From: Mucilaginibacter sp.
GTDB taxonomy: Bacteria > Bacteroidota > Bacteroidia > Sphingobacteriales > Sphingobacteriaceae
DNA: 64,000 bases
Direction: 5' to 3'
Assembly: GCA_035547875.1 (NCBI GenBank)
Contig: DASZTX010000031.1
Coordinates: 55,853-119,852 of the forward strand
The translations under genes were made by a program, and so were the position numbers. Shown here piece after piece: positions 57,206 through 64,000 of this stretch; the stretch's first letter is position 1; the number at the start of each line of letters is the position of its first letter. The notes beneath the pieces were generated by a model, which had not been told where the DNA came from, did no database searches, and saw only the letters and a list, made by a program, of their open reading frames with translations.

Positions 57206-58231
57206 TCACAACGAATTACGGCAAGTAACCCTGAACGGTATTGCAATATGCTCTTTGCTGCCATTGAGCACCATCTCCGCGGTTTTTTGCCCCATCAGCT
57301 TAAAATCGGTGGATATGGTGGTGATGCCGTTGAGGATGATCTTTTTCAGCGGCGTTTCATTGTAGCTGATCACGCCGATATCCTCCGCGATCTTTAAGTT
57401 TTCGCCCAGCATACGCTCGATAAGTTCCACCAGGTGGTCTTCCATCAGGTTGATATAAACCGTACCCGGCTGCAAAATCTCATCCTTCAGGTGGTGGATC
57501 ACTTCATACTCGAAAGCGTATTGCCCGCAGAAGTTCAGGAACCCGGTCAATATCTCCCTGGAATGATAGCTGTTGTCGGGGAAGATGATCTTCAGTGTGT
57601 GGTATTTGCTGAGTTTATCCAGCAGCTGTTCAAGCGCGAAATAGATATCCTGCTCAAAATCCTCATACACTGCGCCGTAGCTTCCCGTAATCTGCTCGGA
57701 CAGCTTATCCATCAGGATCAGCTTATCTTTGGGCAAGGCGTCAATGATGGAGAGCGCCTTACCGGTATTCTCAATAAAATGGGGGATGATCACCAGCTTT
57801 GAATAGTGTTCAACGCTTTGCGACATCAGTTTTTTAAAGACGTTAAAGTCGTTGTTATAAATGTAAAAATCGATAGCCGCATTGCTGCCAAGTGTTTCGG
57901 CAAAGGCATCGTAGATGATCTTTTTGTGACTGCTCAGTTTATTAAAGAGCAGGAGCACCTTCAACGGTTGATCGAACGAGGTGTCCGAAACAAAATAGCC
58001 TTTTCCGGCAACAGACGCGATAACGCCGTATTTTTTTAGCTCCTTATAGGCTCTTTCGATTGTCGCCCGCGAAACGTCGAGCGCGATACTGAGGTCATTG
58101 ATCGATGGCAGGATGTCGTCTTTTTCTATCAGTCCTTCGCCGATGGCGCGCAGCACCGAGTTGCTAATCTGCAGGTATTTTGGCGTGATGGAGTATTCGT
58201 CTATATTAATGATCTTTAAATAATTTTTCAT
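57206..58231 (-). CDS. GntR-family transcriptional regulator with LacI/PBP1-type sugar-binding domain
   Basis: The start is at MKNYLKII (58231). It has a wHTH (LPSINDLSIALDVSRATIERAYKELKKYGVI) followed by an approximately 260-aa periplasmic-binding-protein-like effector domain. Confidence 0.75.
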   Translation of the reverse strand: MKNYLKIINIDEYSITPKYLQISNSVLRAIGEGLIEKDDILPSINDLSIALDVSRATIERAYKELKKYGVIASVAGKGYFVSDTSFDQPLKVLLLFNKLSSHKKIIYDAFAETLGSNAAIDFYIYNNDFNVFKKLMSQSVEHYSKLVIIPHFIENTGKALSIIDALPKDKLILMDKLSEQITGSYGAVYEDFEQDIYFALEQLLDKLSKYHTLKIIFPDNSYHSREILTGFLNFCGQYAFEYEVIHHLKDEILQPGTVYINLMEDHLVELIERMLGENLKIAEDIGVISYNETPLKKIILNGITTISTDFKLMGQKTAEMVLNGSKEHIAIPFRVTCRNSL

Positions 58232-58433
58232 CGCGCGTTTAAATAGGAAACCTGCGGCCGCCTGACAGACGGACTCTCTCCCGTAAAAATGAAAATTTTT
58301 TCTGACATGCATAGTGTAATAGCCGGGCGGGTACCGTCTGCTGGCAATATTGTTTTGTATCCTTTTTTTGACAATCGGCTATGGACATCCTTGATAATAA
58401 TGTTTAAGTTTACTTTTTAATAATTATTAACGA

Positions 58434-59561
58434 ATGAAAAAGATTGTTTTATTGATGCTGGCGGGTATTCCGGCAATTGTTTTTGCCCAGGAAGGCAAGT
58501 ATGCCGTTAAAGGTACTATCGGAAACCTGAACGCCCCTGCCAAGATATATTTAAGATACCGTGACGCCGGAAAGGTGGTTACAGACTCGACGGTATTAAA
58601 GGATGGCAAATTTGAGTTTGACGGCAAAGCTGCTGCAGCCCCGTCAATGGCTTACCTGATGCTGAATCAAAAGGGAACAGGCCCCGGATACGACGACTAC
58701 AAGGCGATCTATCTTGAAAACGGAACCATCGATGTAAACAGCCCCGATACGCTTAAGAGCGCCAAGGTTGGCGGCACCAAGACCAACATCGAAAACGGCG
58801 AATACGAGCAGGCCTTTAAACCTGTAGAGGCCGCTTACATGGCGCTGGAAGCGAAAAGTAAAGCCGCATCCGACGAAGAAAAGCAATCAGAAGCCTTTAA
58901 GAAGGAAAGTGATAAAGCTGAAAAAGCAATTGAAGCGCAGGAATCTGCTTTGAATAAAAAATTCATTCAGGAGCATCCGGACTCCTACATCAGCCTTAAC
59001 ATATTGCCAAGTTACGCCTACAGCGCTGATTACAGCGATATCGAGCCATTATTCAGCGGACTTGCACCCGCAATAAAGGAATCGGAAGCCGGAAAGAAAT
59101 TTGCTGAGCTGCTTCCTAAAATGAAGGCGGTATCGATGGGTTCCATCGCGCCGGAATTTACTGAGGCTGATACATCGGGAAAAATGGTGAGCTTGTCATC
59201 GTTCAGAGGCAAATATGTTCTGATCGACTTCTGGGCTTCCTGGTGCGGACCATGCCGTATGGAAAATCCGAACGTTGTTAAGGCTTACAACCGTTTCAAA
59301 AACCAGAAGTTTACCATCGTGGGCGTATCGCTTGATCAGCCTAACGGTAAGCAGAAATGGCTGGATGCGATCCACAAGGATGGCCTGTACTGGACACAGG
59401 TATCTGACCTTAAATTCTGGAACAGCAAAACGGCGGGAATGTATGCCGTTCGTGCAATACCTCAAAACTTCCTGCTTGATCCGGATGGCAAGATCATCGG
59501 CAAAAACCTGAGAGGCGACGATCTTGAAAATAAACTGGAAGAGATATTTGGTAAAATATAA
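58434..59561 (+). CDS. TlpA family thiol-disulfide oxidoreductase (DUF4369 N-domain plus thioredoxin fold)
   Basis: 375 aa. It has a signal peptide and WASWCGPC (CxxC) in the C-terminal thioredoxin-like domain. Confidence 0.86.
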   Translation: MKKIVLLMLAGIPAIVFAQEGKYAVKGTIGNLNAPAKIYLRYRDAGKVVTDSTVLKDGKFEFDGKAAAAPSMAYLMLNQKGTGPGYDDYKAIYLENGTIDVNSPDTLKSAKVGGTKTNIENGEYEQAFKPVEAAYMALEAKSKAASDEEKQSEAFKKESDKAEKAIEAQESALNKKFIQEHPDSYISLNILPSYAYSADYSDIEPLFSGLAPAIKESEAGKKFAELLPKMKAVSMGSIAPEFTEADTSGKMVSLSSFRGKYVLIDFWASWCGPCRMENPNVVKAYNRFKNQKFTIVGVSLDQPNGKQKWLDAIHKDGLYWTQVSDLKFWNSKTAGMYAVRAIPQNFLLDPDGKIIGKNLRGDDLENKLEEIFGKI

Positions 59562-59583
59562 ACGGCAAACGCCGTAAACAGAA

Positions 59584-59626
59584 AAGTCCGGGCGAGGGGA
59601 AAACCTTCATCCGGACTTTTTATTTT
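59584..59626. terminator. Bidirectional rho-independent terminator between tlpA-like gene and purD
   Basis: An 8-bp stem AAGTCCGG (59584-91) pairs with CCGGACTT (59611-18). T-runs follow on both strands (TTTTTATTTT on plus; TTTTCTGTTT on minus). Confidence 0.55.
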
Positions 59627-59647
59627 GAGCAGGCTGCAAGCCTGTCG

Positions 59648-60922
59648 TTATATCAGATCAAAACCTATGTCTTTCCTGAAATACATGCCGTCGAAATAGA
59701 TCCGGCTTGCATCTGCAGTGGCCTGCTGCAGGGCCTTGAACATATCATCCTGCAATGAAGTTATAGCCAATACACGGCCTCCGGAAGTTTTAACATCGTC
59801 GCCGTCGAGCGTGGTGCCCGCGTGGAAGACAATCGAGTCACGAACATTCTCTATGCCGGTTATGGTCTTATTCTTCAGATATTCGCCGGGGTATCCACCT
59901 GAGACCATGACCACCGTTGCGGCTACCTTGTTTGATATCTTCAGATCCTTCTGATCAAGCGTACCTTCGGCCACACCCTGCAACAGGTCAGCAAGGTCAG
60001 ATTCCAGCCGCATCATGACGCTTTCCGTCTCCGGGTCGCCCATGCGGCAGTTATATTCTATCACATAAGGCTCACCCCCGCAATTCATCAGCCCGATAAA
60101 GATGAAGCCCTTGTAGGGAATGCCCTCGCGCTTTAGTCCGCTGATTGTCGGGATAATGATGCGGTCTTCAACTTTTTTCAAAAACTCATCATTCGCAAAA
60201 GGAACGGGCGAAACAGAACCCATGCCACCGGTATTCAACCCGGTATCGCCTTCGCCGATACGCTTGTAATCCTTCGCAGAAGGCAGCACCTTGTAATGAT
60301 CGCCGTCGGTCAACACAAAAACAGAAAGCTCTATACCCTGTAAAAATTGCTCAACCACCACCTTGGAGCTTGCATCGCCAAATTTAGCTTCGGTAAGCAT
60401 CTCGATCAGTTCCTGCTGGGCCTCCTGCACGGTCAGGCATATTAACACACCTTTTCCGGCTGCAAGGCCATCGGCTTTTAAGACTACCGGCAGACCGATC
60501 GTTGGCAGGTAATCAAATCCTTCCTGCAGGGTTTCACGCGTAAACGTGCGCGATGCCGCGGCAGGAATGTTATTCCTTTCCATAAACTGCTTCGAAAAAT
60601 CCTTGCTTCCCTCTAACTGTGCGCCCTCACGCTGCGGACCGATCACCGGAACGTTTTTAAGCTGATCGTCGGCCAAAAAATAATCGTGAATGCCCTTAAC
60701 CAGCGGTTCCTCCGGTCCGACAAGCACAAGGTCTATCTTGTTAGACAATACTGCATTTTTGATGCCGTCAAAATCAGGGACCTTAATATCGAGGTTTGTG
60801 CCAAACCGGCCTGTCCCGGCGTTACCGGGTGCAATAAAAAGCTCTGTGCATTTTGGGCTTTGAGCCAGTTTCCAGGCGAAGGCGCTTTCCCTTCCGCCTG
60901 ATCCGAGGAGCAGGATGTTCAT
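59648..60922 (-). CDS. purD: Phosphoribosylamine-glycine ligase
   Basis: The start is at MNILLLGSGGRE. It has an ATP-grasp fold with the GPQREGAQLEGSKDFSK and NTGGMGS motifs. Confidence 0.93.
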   Translation of the reverse strand: MNILLLGSGGRESAFAWKLAQSPKCTELFIAPGNAGTGRFGTNLDIKVPDFDGIKNAVLSNKIDLVLVGPEEPLVKGIHDYFLADDQLKNVPVIGPQREGAQLEGSKDFSKQFMERNNIPAAASRTFTRETLQEGFDYLPTIGLPVVLKADGLAAGKGVLICLTVQEAQQELIEMLTEAKFGDASSKVVVEQFLQGIELSVFVLTDGDHYKVLPSAKDYKRIGEGDTGLNTGGMGSVSPVPFANDEFLKKVEDRIIIPTISGLKREGIPYKGFIFIGLMNCGGEPYVIEYNCRMGDPETESVMMRLESDLADLLQGVAEGTLDQKDLKISNKVAATVVMVSGGYPGEYLKNKTITGIENVRDSIVFHAGTTLDGDDVKTSGGRVLAITSLQDDMFKALQQATADASRIYFDGMYFRKDIGFDLI

Positions 60923-61087
60923 AGGCGTCAAAGATAGTAAATGTGCTGATGTGCAGGCCGAATAAAATTTACAAGCTACAGACTAATCAACACCGGCATC
61001 TATTCTTTTTAAAATATTTTAAAAACTTAGGCGATATGCATAAATCGATTATATTTACTTATTCAATATAACCTGATATTCATCTTT

Positions 61088-63631
61088 ATGCGGTATATTT
61101 CTTTTGTTTTTTTCGCGGTGATCTGCCTGAACGCGGTGGCGAGACCTTTTGACGATCCCAAATTCAAAGCGCGCGACCTCAGTATTACCTGGGAAGCGCT
61201 GCAAAACGACAGTCCGAAAAAGGGACAGGCGCTGAATGCCATTACCATCACCAATAACGGTAAGGCAACCTTTCCAGCCATCGGCTGGAAAATGTATTTT
61301 AACTCCGCCCGGTTAATAGCAGAGCAGACCGTTACGGGGAATGCGACCATTAAATTTATTAACGGCGATCTTTTCAGCCTTACACCCGAAGCATCTTTCC
61401 CGGCATTAAAGCCGGGACAGTCGGTAAGGATTGAGTTTATCGATGAAGACCCGGTGGTGAATATCACGGACGGGCCTGAGGGTTTTTATGTGGTTTGGGA
61501 CGATCAGCCTGACAAAGGCTACAATACCGGGGCGTTCAACATCAAGCCGTTTAAGCCGAATTATCCCGGGCTGATCACACCCGCGATCATCTATGATCAG
61601 AATAAAGTTATAGCAGATATACCGGAGCAACAGCTGACGAAAGTCTTCCCGACCCCGGTAAGTTACAAAGAGACTGGCGGCTTTTTTGTCTTAAATAAAA
61701 ATACAAACACCCATTTTGACAATCGTTTTACTGCCGAAGTGATGCGTTTTAATACTTGGCTGGCGCAAATTGTTGGTACGGGCTCCCGACGCTCGCCAGG
61801 ACCGGCCTCCTCAATAAATTTTAATTTCAAAGATGGCCTGAGTGCCGAGGGGTATGAATTAACCGTTAATAGCCAGGGGATTGAGATAAACGCATCTACT
61901 CCAACGGGTGTTTTCTATGCTATTCAGTCGTTGAAGACCCTGATGCCATCATCGGCCTATGCGCATCTGCAAAAGGAAATTCAGATACCCTGCGTGGAGA
62001 TAACCGACGAACCGCGCTTTGGCTACCGGGCATTTATGCTGGATGTTGGCCGAAATTTTCAACCCAAAAAGGAAATATTCCGGGTGCTGGATGTAATGGC
62101 CTTATATAAGCTGAATGTATTTCACATGCACCTGACCGAAGACGAAGGATGGCGGCTGGAGATACCCTCACTGCCCGAACTGACAGAAGTTGGCGGTAAG
62201 CGCGGTCATACGCTCGACAGCAAACACTTTCTGCCGCCGTCGCACGGATCAGGAGGAGAAACCGACAATAAAACAGGCTCCGGATTTTACACGCGGGCCG
62301 ATTTCATTGACATTCTAAAATATGCCGATAAGCTGCATATTATGGTTGTGCCGGAAATAGAGGCGCCCGGACATGCGCGCGCGGCCATAAAATCAATGAA
62401 TGCCCGTTATGACCTGTTAATGGCTGAAGGCAAAAAAGAAGAGGCTGAAAAATACCTCCTGTATGATCCGAACGACAAATCGGAGTACAGCACAGCGCAA
62501 TACTGGACGGACAACGTGATCGACGTATCGCTGCCATCCACCTATAATTTTGTGGAAACGGTTATCGGTGATATCGTCAGCATGTATAAAGATGCAGGCG
62601 TACCGTTAAAGACCATCAACTGGGGTGGCGATGAGGTACCCGCACACGTGTGGGAAAAATCCCCGGCATATCTCGCCCTCAAGGCTACCCATCCCGAAAT
62701 AAAAAGCACGGCCGACCTCTGGTATTATTTCTATGGCCGGGTCAATCAGTTGATGAAGGCCAAAGGGCTTTACCTCTCCGGATGGGAAGAGATGGCGCTG
62801 CGCAAAACCAAACTGGACGGACAGCCGTTCTATATCCCGAATCCGGATTTTATGCCCGAACACCTGCAGGCAGAGGTGTGGAATAATACACTTGGCGGCG
62901 GCAATGAAGACCTCGCCTATAAGCTGGCAAATGCGGGATATAAAACTGTGCTTACCTGCGCAACCAACCTGTATTTTGACATGGCGCATTACAAATCATT
63001 TGACGAGCCGGGTTATTACTGGGGAGCATTCTCCGATATCGACAAGCCGTTTTCGTTCATTCCGTTCGATTATTTTAAAAATTCAAAGGTTGACCGGAAC
63101 GGCCTGCCGCTGAACAGGAACATCTTTATCGGCAAGCAACGGCTCACCGACTATGGAAAGGAGAACATTATCGGCCTGCAAAGCGCGGTATGGGGTGAAA
63201 ATATTAAGAGTACCGACCGTCTGGAATACATGATGCTGCCGCGCCTGCTGGGCTTTGCCGAAAGGGCCTGGAGCAAAGACCCCGATTGGGCTACCGAACC
63301 CAACGAGGCCAAAAGTGATTCGCTTTATCAGATCGCATGGTCAAATTTTCTGAATGTTCTTGGGAAACGCGAGCTGCCACGTTTAAGCTATTACAACGGC
63401 GGTTACAATTACCGGGTGCCCAAGCCGGGTGTTGTACTGCAAGACGGCAAATATGCCGCCAATGTGCAGTTTCCGGGACTGATCATCAGGTACACGACCG
63501 ATGGCAGCGAACCTACGGAAAAAAGTAAATTGTATAAAGATGCTGTTACAAATAACGGGAACGCCATTAAGTTCCGCGCTTTTGATACTAAAGGAAGGGG
63601 CGGCAACGTTTCAGAGCCAGTTATTCCTTAA
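61088..63631 (+). CDS. Beta-N-acetylhexosaminidase, glycoside hydrolase family 20, with N-terminal CHB_HEX-like domain
   Basis: 847 aa. It has a signal peptide, HMHLTEDEGWR, the catalytic GGDEV pair and a C-terminal Ig-like domain. Confidence 0.9.
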   Translation: MRYISFVFFAVICLNAVARPFDDPKFKARDLSITWEALQNDSPKKGQALNAITITNNGKATFPAIGWKMYFNSARLIAEQTVTGNATIKFINGDLFSLTPEASFPALKPGQSVRIEFIDEDPVVNITDGPEGFYVVWDDQPDKGYNTGAFNIKPFKPNYPGLITPAIIYDQNKVIADIPEQQLTKVFPTPVSYKETGGFFVLNKNTNTHFDNRFTAEVMRFNTWLAQIVGTGSRRSPGPASSINFNFKDGLSAEGYELTVNSQGIEINASTPTGVFYAIQSLKTLMPSSAYAHLQKEIQIPCVEITDEPRFGYRAFMLDVGRNFQPKKEIFRVLDVMALYKLNVFHMHLTEDEGWRLEIPSLPELTEVGGKRGHTLDSKHFLPPSHGSGGETDNKTGSGFYTRADFIDILKYADKLHIMVVPEIEAPGHARAAIKSMNARYDLLMAEGKKEEAEKYLLYDPNDKSEYSTAQYWTDNVIDVSLPSTYNFVETVIGDIVSMYKDAGVPLKTINWGGDEVPAHVWEKSPAYLALKATHPEIKSTADLWYYFYGRVNQLMKAKGLYLSGWEEMALRKTKLDGQPFYIPNPDFMPEHLQAEVWNNTLGGGNEDLAYKLANAGYKTVLTCATNLYFDMAHYKSFDEPGYYWGAFSDIDKPFSFIPFDYFKNSKVDRNGLPLNRNIFIGKQRLTDYGKENIIGLQSAVWGENIKSTDRLEYMMLPRLLGFAERAWSKDPDWATEPNEAKSDSLYQIAWSNFLNVLGKRELPRLSYYNGGYNYRVPKPGVVLQDGKYAANVQFPGLIIRYTTDGSEPTEKSKLYKDAVTNNGNAIKFRAFDTKGRGGNVSEPVIP

Positions 63632-63638
63632 TTAACTA

Positions 63639-63662
63639 AAGAGCTTGTGAGGTAGCTCTTTT
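63639..63662. terminator. Hairpin between convergent GH20 and TonB-dependent receptor genes
   Basis: A 7-bp stem AAGAGCT (63639-45) pairs with AGCTCTT (63654-60) around the loop TGTGAGGT. T-runs on both sides are short. Confidence 0.35.
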
Positions 63663-63670
63663 AACTCCAT

Positions 63671-64000
63671 TTAAAACCCTGCGTTGATGCCGATAAAAAA
63701 ATTGCGCAAAGGCGCAGGGTTATAAAATCTGTTTCCAACGGCATTCAGATCATTACCCAGGCTATATTTTTCGTTCAGCAGGTTATCCGCGCCGGCATAC
63801 AGCTCGAATTTACCTTTGCCGTTCACTGAAAATTTCCATCCGCCTTTTGCCTGCAACAGGTTATAATGTGATGCAAAAACCGAATTATCGTCGGTAAGCG
63901 GAATCCGTCCCGTAAAATTGTGCTCAATAAACAGGTACAGGTTTTCCGGGAACATCAGCTGCACGCTGGTAACGATCACCTGCCCGGGAACGCCCGTCAG
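63671..64000 (-). CDS. TonB-dependent receptor (C-terminal fragment; N-terminus beyond the right edge)
   Basis: The reading frame stays open to the window edge. It has the alternating beta-strand pattern and the terminal ...FFIGINAGF with a C-terminal aromatic residue typical of outer-membrane barrels. Confidence 0.7.
   Translation of the reverse strand: MTGVPGQVIVTSVQLMFPENLYLFIEHNFTGRIPLTDDNSVFASHYNLLQAKGGWKFSVNGKGKFELYAGADNLLNEKYSLGNDLNAVGNRFYNPAPLRNFFIGINAGF

Noticed and set aside
1-64000. Search for CRISPR arrays, rRNA/tRNA genes, transposases, integrases, toxin-antitoxin pairs and known defence-system genes
   Set aside because: I found no regularly spaced direct repeats and no complete cloverleaf-compatible sequence. 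No ORF carried DDE, tyrosine/serine recombinase, nuclease-helicase or NTPase-effector signatures. The window appears to be core chromosome apart from the small AT-rich islet.

Overview
This 64 kb window looks like the chromosomal replication-origin neighbourhood of a Bacteroidota genome. My inference is a Sphingobacteriia-type organism (Pedobacter/Mucilaginibacter-like), based on gene content and synteny, not on any search. I support about 60 protein-coding genes.

Main gene content:
- dnaA (32759-34186, minus strand) with an adjacent AT-rich intergenic region carrying DnaA-box-like 9-mers, which is the oriC candidate.
- The Bacteroidota-typical block parA-parB-DUF5683-dapB-lepB (13.2-17.8 kb).
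- A nucleotide-sugar cluster, ugd-uxs-galE, then rfbB-cpsB, divergent from waaA/kdtA (5.5-12.1 kb).
- An ArsR-headed six-gene stress/detoxification-type operon (1-2627).
- A LemA-TPM-TPM module.
- Fe-S assembly genes (NifU, Mrp/ApbC, HesB/IscA).
- A Cys-type sulfatase with its formylglycine-generating enzyme, next to a ComA-type phosphosulfolactate synthase.
- Several peptidases and hydrolases: S8, S9A prolyl oligopeptidase, GH20 hexosaminidase, SGNH and a phosphoesterase.

I found no rRNA gene, no complete tRNA gene, no CRISPR array, and no transposase, integrase or recognisable defence genes. Most of the window is ordinary core genome.

The parts I cannot explain with standard annotation are:
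1. A strongly AT-rich islet (about 2650-4284) with two orphan secreted proteins and a 23-nt tRNA-3'-end-like fragment.
2. A lower-GC pair made of a GntR/LacI-type regulator and a large MG2-like, barrel-less Plug-domain protein (54.5-58.2 kb).
3. A membrane-anchored protein with an HTH-like N-terminus and a PKD-like/lectin-like exterior (52195-53499).
4. The sulfatase/FGE/ComA grouping.

All functional calls come from motif recognition in the supplied translations. None was verified by database search.
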